The notes under the pieces were generated by a model, which did not search any database, was not told where the DNA came from, and saw only the letters and a program-made list of their open reading frames with translations. Shown piece by piece: positions 1 through 7,326 of a stretch of DNA of 17,072 bases. The DNA is taken from contig JALUEE010000028.1 in the NCBI GenBank assembly GCA_027053075.1, positions 1-17,072 of the forward strand. Direction: 5' to 3'. This stretch comes from a candidate division WOR-3 bacterium. Its GTDB lineage: Bacteria > Hydrothermota > Hydrothermia > B15-G9 > WFZT01. The position numbers and the translations under genes are program-made. Position 1 is the stretch's first letter. Every line of letters starts with the position of its first letter.

Positions 1-24
1 CCTTCGGCGCCGCCCCCCTTTTTA
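1..24. terminator. Partial Rho-independent terminator, probably bidirectional (cut by window edge)
   Basis: CC-TTC-GGCGCCGCCCCCC followed by TTTTT: the loop and right arm of a GC-rich hairpin with a T-tract, just past the stop of the minus-strand gene ending at 32. Most of the left arm lies outside the window. Confidence 0.6.
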
Positions 25-31
25 TTTATAC

Positions 32-187
32 CTAATGCTCCTTGGACTGCTTTGCCAGAGCTGACCAGACTGCAAAGATAGCGACAAGCAATCCACCGAG
101 CCAGTAAATCCAGCTACTCTGAGCTCCAGCAAGTGCAGCCACAAATATTATCACACCGATTATGAAATTAACCCAGTCTTGCCACAT
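32..187 (-). CDS. Small two-TM membrane protein (51 aa), SPW-repeat-like
   Basis: ATG at 187 is preceded by AAAGGAGG and a consensus-like promoter. MWQDWVNFIIGVIIFVAALAGAQSSWIYWLGGLLVAIFAVWSAL has two hydrophobic helices and the WQDWVN start seen in SPW-repeat proteins. The ORF-track start at 238 lies in the -35 box. Confidence 0.75.
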   Translation of the reverse strand: MWQDWVNFIIGVIIFVAALAGAQSSWIYWLGGLLVAIFAVWSALAKQSKEH

Positions 188-209
188 ATCTAAACCTCCT
201 TTTTTTCTC

Positions 210-238
210 ATTATATAGCTACAATTTTGACCAGACAA
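210..238 (-). promoter_or_regulatory. sigma70-type promoter for the small membrane protein
   Basis: Minus strand TTGTCT (238-233), 17 bp spacer, TATAAT (215-210), then the AGGAGG RBS. Confidence 0.7.
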
Positions 239-339
239 GCCACTGGAAACTCGTTCAAAAAAAACCTAAATTCCAGTTGAGAGATCATTTCCCTCTTTGG
301 CTGCACATAACCTTCCACTTCAGGACAGGCTGGAAATTT

Positions 340-385
340 CCCCTCCTTTCCTGGGGAAGGAGGAGGGGTCAGGGGAGAATAGGGT
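340..385 (+). repeat. BoxC/REP-like palindromic element, copy 1
   Basis: CCCCTCCT (340-347) pairs with AGGAGGGG (361-368), with an inner TTCC/GGAA stem, followed by the purine-rich tail TCAGGGGAGAATAGGG. Confidence 0.65.
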
Positions 386-457
386 AAGTTCAACGCTTCT
401 TAAAATATCCCAATTGACTATATCTTGAACAAGCTCGATCTTTTTTACAAATTTTTT

Positions 458-499
458 CCATTCCACCCCAACCCTCCCTTCCAAAGGAAGGGAGGGAGT
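458..499 (-). repeat. BoxC/REP-like palindromic element, copy 2 (inverted relative to copy 1)
   Basis: Perfect 11-bp stem CCCTCCCTTCC-AAA-GGAAGGGAGGG (472-496). The minus strand reads ACT-hairpin-TTGGGGTGGAATGG. Confidence 0.75.
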
Positions 500-651
500 C
501 ATCATAAACTGGGAAAAATCTCGAATTACTTATAAAAGAAGGAGTCTATTCATCTAAAATGGACTATTATCATGTGTTTACAAACTTAAGGAGCAAATTT
601 TTCTTCAATCAAAAACGACAAAAATGTTAATAGTAATTTCCAAAATCTCTT

Positions 652-909
652 CTAAAGTCTCTCCTCCTGTGTCCTGTACGGAGTTGTGGGGAAAGTATAA
701 TTGCAGTAGGCACACTTGTACGGGGTGTCCTTCATGTAAAAAACGTTTCCGCACTCCGGGCATTCAAAACGCTTTGCCGCTTCATCAAAAGGTATATTGA
801 CCTCAGTCAAACTACTCCGGCAAATTGGACAGTAAAGGGGCTCGTCCTGGTCTTCGGGGACCCAGATGACAGTACCACAGCTCTTGCATTCGTAAGCTCT
901 AAGCTCCAT
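652..909 (-). CDS. Small acidic double zinc-ribbon protein (85 aa, 4 CxxC)
   Basis: Motifs CKSC, CPIC, CPEC and CAYC. ATG at 909 is preceded by GAGG and overlaps the end of pyrF. The ORF-track alternative start is 921. Confidence 0.75.
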   Translation of the reverse strand: MELRAYECKSCGTVIWVPEDQDEPLYCPICRSSLTEVNIPFDEAAKRFECPECGNVFYMKDTPYKCAYCNYTFPTTPYRTQEERL

Positions 910-1579
910 AGAATTCCTCAATAAGCCTATCCAGTGCCTTCTCAGGTTCTGAAGCGTGGGTCACAGAGCGACCCACAACAATAAAATCAAAATTGTGCTC
1001 TCTCGCAAATTCCGGTGTCACTACCCTACTCTGGTCACCTGATGCCTCATCTGCAAACCTGATTCCGGGGACAAAAACCCGAACACCAAACTTCCTTTTA
1101 ACCTCCGGGGCCTCTTTTCCCGAGAGAACCACGTTTTTACCTCCTACCTTCGTAAATTCTTCGACCAGATTTGAGACCACCTCGTTAACATCAATAGCGA
1201 CACCAAACATTCTCTCGAGCTTTTCCTTATCCAGACTCGTTAAAATGGTTACACCGATGATCTCTACCCTGTCTCCCGCGGCCTCTAAGGCGAACTTTGC
1301 CATATCCATACCGCCTGTTAGATGTACTGTGATATAATCCACTCCAAGCTCACGAAGAGCCAGGACCGAATCACCGACCACAGAAGGAATGTCATGAAGC
1401 TTCATATCCAGGAAGATTTTTACATCTTCATTCTTGATTTCCTCAACAATAGAGGGGCCGTAGTGACTGAAAAGGGGCAGACCAATTTTAAAAATCCTGA
1501 TGCGGTCTTTGAAAAGCCTCACCCATGATAACGCCTGTTCTCTGTCCTTAGTATTCAGCGCCAATACAATCTCACCCAT
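899..1579 (-). CDS. pyrF: Orotidine-5'-phosphate decarboxylase
   Basis: Motifs FKIG, FLDMKLHDIP (DxKxxD), TVH, GVTILTS, VPGIR, DQSRVVTP and VVGRSV; 226 aa. Confidence 0.95.
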   Translation of the reverse strand: MGEIVLALNTKDREQALSWVRLFKDRIRIFKIGLPLFSHYGPSIVEEIKNEDVKIFLDMKLHDIPSVVGDSVLALRELGVDYITVHLTGGMDMAKFALEAAGDRVEIIGVTILTSLDKEKLERMFGVAIDVNEVVSNLVEEFTKVGGKNVVLSGKEAPEVKRKFGVRVFVPGIRFADEASGDQSRVVTPEFAREHNFDFIVVGRSVTHASEPEKALDRLIEEFYGA

Positions 1580-2777
1580 AGCTCTCTATCACCTCTTTTA
1601 TTGTCATCCTGTTTCTCTCCTTCACGTCTTTCTTTAAATCGTAAGCCAGTTTAATCAAAAATTCATCTATTTTATCCTCCGCTCTTTGCGGCACAGGGAA
1701 ATCAATAATTCCCGCAAATTCTATCAAATCCCCCATAGAAATCCTCGAAGGTGGTTTCACCGGGAGATAGGCTCCATCTATGTTTTCAAGTATTCCCTTC
1801 TCCACAAAAACATCGAGAATTATTTTGAGTTCATGGGGAGATGTGTGAATAATCCTTGCGAGCTCCCTTATGGCAGTAGCACCTTTCCCCTTCTCAAAGT
1901 TCTCTGAAATTATTAAAAATGCCTTGAGTTTTTTGAAATTGGTCATGCGCTCTTCATTAATGAGCTCGGGCCACTGGAGTGTAGCTGTGATTTCAGCTCC
2001 AAAAAGGACAAGAAGCCAGAAAACGTACATCCAGATTAAGAAAATTATGATAATGGACATTGTGCCATAAATATGTTTATAAGCTGCCTTTGTGGTTACA
2101 TACCAGTCAAAAATCTTTTTGGAGAGTTCCCAGCTTATACTTGTGAAGGCACTACCAATCAATGCCGGCTTTACACCCACATCAATGTATGGAAGATAAT
2201 AGTACATGATGAAAAAAGCGGCCCATGCAAGCAGCACCGGTGCAATTATGAAAAATATCTTTGTAAAAATTGGCAGCTTGAAAAAGAGCGTTGAGCCAAG
2301 TCTTTCTGCCACACGGGATGAGACATAAAAGGAAAGCCCTAAGAGTAAAGGCGTGAGAGTAATAAATGCCCAGAACGAGGCAAATTTCTGTCCCCATGGC
2401 CTTCTGCTCCTGACCGACCATATTTCATTTAATGCAACTTCGATGGTGTCAATGATAAAAACAGAGCCAAGCACAAGAAATATCAGACCTATTATACTCA
2501 AAGTGGTTGTATTCCCCACAAAATTCTGAATGTACTCCTGAATTTTAGCAGCAGACTGCGGCAAAAAGTTGCTGAAGATAAATTTTTCAACCTGTTCTCT
2601 AAAGCCTTTGAATGCCTCGAAAGAGGAAAAAAGAGAAAAAGAAATCGCGGTCACAGGAACGAGTGAGAAAAGGGTTGCGTAGGAAAGCGCAGAGGCGCGT
2701 GAAAAACAGCCATCCCTGTTGAACTTCTTGAATAATTTCCAGAGGTAGACAAAAAACTTCTTCAAATTAATTTGCAT
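1572..2777 (-). CDS. YihY/virulence factor BrkB family inner-membrane protein with C-terminal winged-helix-like domain
   Basis: Motifs ASALSYATLFSLVP, IEVALNEIW and YGTMSIIIIFLIWMYVFWLLVLFGAEI, followed by a soluble C-terminus of about 130 aa (ELARII...LDVFVEKGIL). Confidence 0.88.
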   Translation of the reverse strand: MQINLKKFFVYLWKLFKKFNRDGCFSRASALSYATLFSLVPVTAISFSLFSSFEAFKGFREQVEKFIFSNFLPQSAAKIQEYIQNFVGNTTTLSIIGLIFLVLGSVFIIDTIEVALNEIWSVRSRRPWGQKFASFWAFITLTPLLLGLSFYVSSRVAERLGSTLFFKLPIFTKIFFIIAPVLLAWAAFFIMYYYLPYIDVGVKPALIGSAFTSISWELSKKIFDWYVTTKAAYKHIYGTMSIIIIFLIWMYVFWLLVLFGAEITATLQWPELINEERMTNFKKLKAFLIISENFEKGKGATAIRELARIIHTSPHELKIILDVFVEKGILENIDGAYLPVKPPSRISMGDLIEFAGIIDFPVPQRAEDKIDEFLIKLAYDLKKDVKERNRMTIKEVIESYG

Positions 2778-2779
2778 TC

Positions 2780-3883
2780 TTAGAGTGTGAGGTTAAGTTC
2801 GGTCTTTTTGGAGAAGAAATGAAGTCTGTCGAGGTAGAAATAGACCTTCAAAGACTCTCCACTCTGCGGTGGATTGAAGGGAGGGACTCGTGAAACAAAG
2901 CTCACACCGTGCTCTGTTCGATAATAAATAAGAATCTCGTTTCCAAGGGTTTCGACAAAATCAACCACTGCCTTCATCACTGGCACCATCTCAGGTTTTT
3001 TATCCCTCTCGCTCCTTACGTCCTCCGGTCGAATCCCCAGGAAAACCTCTCTTTCGAAGTTTTTTCTGAGTTTGGAAACGAGTTTCTCGGGCACCTCTAA
3101 TTTAAAATCGGGATTTTCAAAGTAAATTTTGTCTCCCTCTTCTTTAAGCTCACCTTCGAAGAAATTCATGGGTGGAGAGCCGATAAAGCCTGCGACAAAC
3201 TTATTTCTCGGAGAATGATAGAGTGAAAGTGGGTCGTCAATCTGCTGGATCACACCGCTGTTCATGAGAATAATCTTATCACCAAGGGTCATGGCCTCTA
3301 CCTGGTCATGCGTAACATACACAGAGGTTGCATTGAGTTTTTTATGCAGCTTCGCGAGCTCGGCCCTCATGTGGACCCTCATTTTGGCATCGAGATTGGA
3401 AAGAGGCTCATCAAATAAAAATACATCCGGGTTCCTGACAATTGCGCGCCCGAGGGCCACCCTCTGACGCTGACCTCCAGAAAGCTCTTTGGGCTTTCTG
3501 TCCAACAAATGGCTTATCTCGAGAGTCTTCGCGGCTTCTTTTACACGTTTGTCGATCTCATCCTTCGGCACCTTCCTCATTCTCAAGCCAAAGGCCATAT
3601 TGTCATAAACCGTCATGTGAGGGTATAGAGCATAGTTCTGAAAGACCATCGCGATGTTTCTATCCTTAGGTGGAACGTTGTTTACAAGCCTATCTCCTAT
3701 ATAAATCTCACCCGATGTCACCTGCTCAAGCCCTGCAATAAGCCTCAAGGTCGTGGTTTTACCGCATCCTGATGGTCCAAGAATCACGGCAAATTCATGA
3801 TCTTCCACAACAAAGGAAACATCATTAACTGCCACAACATCGTTAAATTTTTTAGTTACGTGTTTAAGCTCTACTCTTGCCAT
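2780..3883 (-). CDS. Carbohydrate ABC transporter ATP-binding protein (MalK/UgpC/MsmX family)
   Basis: Walker A GPSGCGKT, Q-loop VFQNYALYPH, signature LSGGQRQR, Walker B FLFDEPLSNLD, VTHDQ, FVAGFIGSP and a C-terminal TOBE-like GIRPED. Confidence 0.95.
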   Translation of the reverse strand: MARVELKHVTKKFNDVVAVNDVSFVVEDHEFAVILGPSGCGKTTTLRLIAGLEQVTSGEIYIGDRLVNNVPPKDRNIAMVFQNYALYPHMTVYDNMAFGLRMRKVPKDEIDKRVKEAAKTLEISHLLDRKPKELSGGQRQRVALGRAIVRNPDVFLFDEPLSNLDAKMRVHMRAELAKLHKKLNATSVYVTHDQVEAMTLGDKIILMNSGVIQQIDDPLSLYHSPRNKFVAGFIGSPPMNFFEGELKEEGDKIYFENPDFKLEVPEKLVSKLRKNFEREVFLGIRPEDVRSERDKKPEMVPVMKAVVDFVETLGNEILIYYRTEHGVSFVSRVPPFNPPQSGESLKVYFYLDRLHFFSKKTELNLTL

Positions 3884-4718
3884 ATTCTCCCTTTAAAAGA
3901 TGGTCAAGCACCTTGACCAGAGTATCCTTGAGCTGTCTCCTATCCACGACCATGTCAATCATCCCGTGCTCAAGCAAAAATTCTGAGGTCTGAAATCCTT
4001 CCGGCAAATCTTCACCAATGGTCTGCTTAATAACTCTTGGGCCTGCAAAACCTAATAAAGCACGGGGCTCAGCTATAATAACATCACCGAGGGCTGCAAA
4101 GGATGCCATCACTCCCCCCATGGTCGGGTCTGAAAGCACTGAGATAAATGGAATCTTTGCCTCCTCCAATTTTGTAACACCCACAGTTGTTTTCGCCATC
4201 TGCATCAAAGAGAATATCCCCTCGTGCATCCTCGCTCCACCGCCAGAAGATGTGAGGGAAATTAGAGGAACTCCAAGCTCTACGGCCCTTGTTGCTGCGC
4301 GGTAGAAAATTTCTCCATAAACTGATCCCATACTGCCGCCGAGAAAGCCGAAGTCTGTTACAAAGAGAATAACCTTAAAACCGCCAATTTTACCTGTGCC
4401 GGCAATAGCTGCTTCCTTTAAACCTGTTTTCTTCTTTGATTTCTCAAGCTTTGCCTTGTAATCTGGAAATTCAAGGACATCCACTGTTTCAAGGTTCTCC
4501 CCGATCTTTTCCTCAAATTCACCCTCATCGAGGAGAATTTTCACAAAATCTGTTGCACGGATACGGAAGTGATAGTTGCAGACAGGGCAAACATGAAGGT
4601 TTTTCTCAAGCTGGTTGCGATAAATAATCTCACCGCAGGATGGGCACTTAACAAATATATCTTTGGGCACATCTCGCTTTTCTATCTTAAGTTCTTTCTT
4701 CTTCCTGCGGAATAACAT
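3864..4718 (-). CDS. accD: Acetyl-CoA carboxylase carboxyltransferase beta subunit
   Basis: N-terminal C4 zinc finger (CPSC...CPVC), FLGGSMGSV, SGGGARMHEG, SLMQMAKT, PTMGGVMASFA, GFAGPRVI and LPEGFQTSEFLLEHG. Confidence 0.95.
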   Translation of the reverse strand: MLFRRKKKELKIEKRDVPKDIFVKCPSCGEIIYRNQLEKNLHVCPVCNYHFRIRATDFVKILLDEGEFEEKIGENLETVDVLEFPDYKAKLEKSKKKTGLKEAAIAGTGKIGGFKVILFVTDFGFLGGSMGSVYGEIFYRAATRAVELGVPLISLTSSGGGARMHEGIFSLMQMAKTTVGVTKLEEAKIPFISVLSDPTMGGVMASFAALGDVIIAEPRALLGFAGPRVIKQTIGEDLPEGFQTSEFLLEHGMIDMVVDRRQLKDTLVKVLDHLLKGEYGKSRA

Positions 4719-4725
4719 GGTGCAA

Positions 4726-4755
4726 ATTATACTTTTACGTGATAAATCCTGTCAA
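4726..4755 (-). promoter_or_regulatory. Consensus sigma70 promoter, probably producing a leaderless accD transcript
   Basis: Minus strand TTGACA (4755-4750), 18 bp spacer, TATAAT (4731-4726), then only 7 nt to the ATG at 4718 and no SD sequence. Confidence 0.75.
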
Positions 4756-5444
4756 ATAAGATTGAATTCGAATATTTCGCAATTCCCACTGTAAAGTAAA
4801 ACCGAGGTATGAATAAACTGGTAATCCTTCACGAAATCCTCCACTATTTCGGGGTTACCACCCGGTAGCAAAGGAATGAGATATTTGGGCTTAACCTTTG
4901 AGAGGAAGTCTGTGATTTTGGGAGTCTCAACATCCACGGGCAGGAACGCAAAATCTAACTTTCTGACAAAAAACTTTTTTATGTCTTTCATTGCAAGTTC
5001 CAGCGAATCCACATTACTCAAATAGCGGCTATTTGCATAAAAAATCCGGAATTTCCCCTGCTTTATCAGAAATGCAGAGTCCTCTTTTGCATCAACGTAA
5101 AACTTTACCGAGAGCTCTTCATCAAGATGTAAACCAAGTATTCCATCCTCTTCCTTTTCTAACTCAGGCATTGAAGGGTAAAGAACTTTCCACGATGATT
5201 CTCTCACTTCTCCTGTAAAAACGACAAAATTTTCCCTTTCCGGGGTGATACCGCAGTCAACGTTTTCTCGGGTTGAATGAGCCTGTCCGGGCACTCCCAG
5301 ATCATCCATTTTTCTAAAAGGATTCTTACTCCCCTCCCCCGGCGCACCATGTTCGTGAGGGGAGGTCGGATTGATAAGGAAAAGCTTACCGTCAAGGCTT
5401 ACCGCAACTTGTTCCCTTTCAATGAAATAAATCTTAAATCGCAT
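4752..5444 (-). CDS. Hypothetical protein with degenerate metallo-beta-lactamase-like fold, lacking metal ligands
   Basis: The segments KIYFI...VAVSLDGKLFLINP, AFLIKQGKFRIFYANS, LDFAFLPV and KVKPKYLIPL follow the order of MBL-fold hydrolase motifs (ILIDP, IYHAGD, DVALLPI, KPKxVIPMH). HxHxDH and the other His/Asp ligands are absent. Confidence 0.6.
   Translation of the reverse strand: MRFKIYFIEREQVAVSLDGKLFLINPTSPHEHGAPGEGSKNPFRKMDDLGVPGQAHSTRENVDCGITPERENFVVFTGEVRESSWKVLYPSMPELEKEEDGILGLHLDEELSVKFYVDAKEDSAFLIKQGKFRIFYANSRYLSNVDSLELAMKDIKKFFVRKLDFAFLPVDVETPKITDFLSKVKPKYLIPLLPGGNPEIVEDFVKDYQFIHTSVLLYSGNCEIFEFNLI
5328..5374 (+). repeat. Degenerate BoxC/REP-like element inside the 4752-5444 CDS (copy 3)
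   Basis: ACT-CC-CCTCCCC (5333-5339) ... GGGGAGG (5359-5365)-TCGGATTGA has the same layout as the copy at 13564 (...GGGAGAGG-TCAGGTGA). Confidence 0.5.
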
Positions 5445-5502
5445 GGAGTTAATTGTGCTGGAAAATTTACCAGAAATTCAAGAATTTTCTCGTTTGTATT
5501 TC

Positions 5503-5531
5503 TTGATAGTTTGTGCGGGCACCAATAAAAT
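5503..5531 (+). promoter_or_regulatory. sigma70-type promoter for the nuoH operon
   Basis: TTGATA (5503-5508), 17 bp spacer, TAAAAT (5526-5531), and a GGAGG RBS before the ATG at 5565. Confidence 0.6.
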
Positions 5532-5564
5532 TTGGCAAGATTTTTAGAAAATGGAGGATTATAG

Positions 5565-6521
5565 ATGGCTTTAAAAGACGTTTTAATCCTTGTAGTAAAA
5601 ATCTCCATTGTAATCGGGGGAATGCTGGGTGTGGTGGCCTACCTCACTTTGATGGAGAGGAAAGTTGTCGCTTACATCCAGGAAAGACTCGGGCCCAATA
5701 GAGTGGGCCCCTGGGGATTACTTCAGCCCATTGCCGATGGAATAAAACTGATGTTCAAAGAAGATGTAATCCCAGCACATGTTGACAAACTACTCTACGT
5801 CATTGCACCTGCCATCACCATGACCATGGCAGTCATGCCCTTTGTCATTATCCCATTTTCTAAAAGTTTCTTCCTCTCGGACATAAATGTGGGAATCCTT
5901 CTTTTACTTGCAATTTCAGGGATTAACACCTATGGCGTCCTGCTTGCAGGAATATCATCAAATTCTAAGTATTCAATGATAGGTGGGCTCCGCGTGGCAA
6001 GCCAGTTGATCAGCTACGAGGTCGCACTTTCGCTGGCCTTTGTAGGAGTTGTGCTCTGGAATGGCTCGATGTCTCTTGTCAAAATAACGGAGGCCCAGCA
6101 TGTGGTGTGGAATATCATCCCTCAGTTTATCGGCTTTATCGTATTCTTCATTGCAGCACTGGCAGAGCTAAACAGGATTCCCTTTGATTTACCCGAGGCA
6201 GAGGCTGAGCTCGTGGCAGGTTACCACACCGAATACAGTTCGATGAAGTTCGCGCTCTTTTATTTAGGTGAATACGCAAATCTCACGGCCATGAGTGCCA
6301 TTATCACCACACTCTACCTCGGCGGCTGGCAGGGGCCCTGGTTACCGGGGTTTGTCTGGTTTGCTATCAAAACATTCGTTGTGCTCTTCGTCTTTATGTG
6401 GATACGCTGGACCTATCCGAGGTTTAGATTTGACCAGCTCATTTCCGTGGGCTGGAAGGTGCTAATTCCTCTTGCGCTTCTCAACATTGCTTTGACGGCA
6501 ATTTTGAGAATCTACATTTAG
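5565..6521 (+). CDS. nuoH: NADH-quinone oxidoreductase subunit H
   Basis: Motifs ERKV.AYIQ.R.GPNRVGPWGLLQPIADGIKL..KE, ISYE, AELNRIPFDLPEAEAELVAGYHTEYS and PRFRFDQL. Confidence 0.96.
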   Translation: MALKDVLILVVKISIVIGGMLGVVAYLTLMERKVVAYIQERLGPNRVGPWGLLQPIADGIKLMFKEDVIPAHVDKLLYVIAPAITMTMAVMPFVIIPFSKSFFLSDINVGILLLLAISGINTYGVLLAGISSNSKYSMIGGLRVASQLISYEVALSLAFVGVVLWNGSMSLVKITEAQHVVWNIIPQFIGFIVFFIAALAELNRIPFDLPEAEAELVAGYHTEYSSMKFALFYLGEYANLTAMSAIITTLYLGGWQGPWLPGFVWFAIKTFVVLFVFMWIRWTYPRFRFDQLISVGWKVLIPLALLNIALTAILRIYI

Positions 6522-6529
6522 GAGGCTAT

Positions 6530-7018
6530 ATGAAAACAGTTTTTTATATAAATGCCCTTTTTAGCTTAATTTTTGCACTTGGTGTGATCTTTGGGAAAAA
6601 TCCTTTGAGGAGTGCCCTCTCCCTTCTCCTCTTTTTCCTGACCGTATCACTTGACTTTTTCTTTGCGGGCTCTGAATACCTCGGTTTTGTCCAGATAATC
6701 GTCTATGCCGGCGGAATCATTGTAATGATTGCCTTTGTTATCATACTCCTCGGATTGAAAAAAGAGTCCCCGGATTACGACATATCTTTACGAAGCTTTA
6801 CCGGTATCATTCTGCTTGGATTTTTTGCCCTTGGAGTTCTCTACGGACTGGGAAAATCGGTGCTACATCTTATTCCAAAAGCTCCTTACTTTGACACGAG
6901 TGCTGCCGGGATAGGTGATGCCCTGTTCTCAAAATATCTGCTGCCATTTGAAGTTGCCTCGATACTTCTGCTTGTAGGTGTGGTTCTTGCTTTTATCTTT
7001 GCGAAAAAGGAGGTTTAG
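6530..7018 (+). CDS. nuoJ: NADH-quinone oxidoreductase subunit J
   Basis: Motifs KNPLRSAL, EYLGFVQIIVYAGGIIV and LFSKYLLPFEVASILLLV. Confidence 0.92.
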   Translation: MKTVFYINALFSLIFALGVIFGKNPLRSALSLLLFFLTVSLDFFFAGSEYLGFVQIIVYAGGIIVMIAFVIILLGLKKESPDYDISLRSFTGIILLGFFALGVLYGLGKSVLHLIPKAPYFDTSAAGIGDALFSKYLLPFEVASILLLVGVVLAFIFAKKEV

Positions 7019-7321
7019 ATGCTTGGATTTAACGACTATTTGCTGGTTAGCGTGATTTTATTCTTTGTTGGTGCACTTGGTGTTCTTTTCAGGCGCAATC
7101 TGATTTACATTTTGATGAGTCTTGAGATCATGCTAAACTCAATCAACATAACTCTCATAGGCCTTGCGAAATACTCCAATGACACAAATCCTCAGGTTTT
7201 GATTCTTTTAATCCTTGTTGTGGCAGCGGTGGAAGTCGCTGTTGGGCTCGGACTGGCAATAAATCTCATGAGGGTTAAGAAAACTGTGGATGTTGATTTA
7301 TTCAAATCCTTAAAGGGGTAA
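7019..7321 (+). CDS. nuoK: NADH-quinone oxidoreductase subunit K
   Basis: 100 aa with RRNLIYILMSLEIMLNS and VAAVEVAVGL (both conserved Glu residues) and a C-terminal LKG. Confidence 0.95.
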   Translation: MLGFNDYLLVSVILFFVGALGVLFRRNLIYILMSLEIMLNSINITLIGLAKYSNDTNPQVLILLILVVAAVEVAVGLGLAINLMRVKKTVDVDLFKSLKG

Positions 7322-7326
7322 ATGGA

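Noticed and set aside
226..232. GGTCAAA (CtsR half-site) on the minus strand in the small-gene promoter
   Set aside because: A single heptad only; CtsR needs a tandem repeat, and no ctsR is seen.
211..505. ORFs 211-393 and 320-505 (minus strand)
   Set aside because: Their Pro/Gly-rich parts (PLTPPPSPGKEG, PSLPLEGRVGV) are translations of the palindromic repeats; there is no RBS and no recognisable domain.
5453..5525. Possible Rex operator (TTGTG...) upstream of nuoH
   Set aside because: Neither TTGTG has a correctly spaced CACAA partner.
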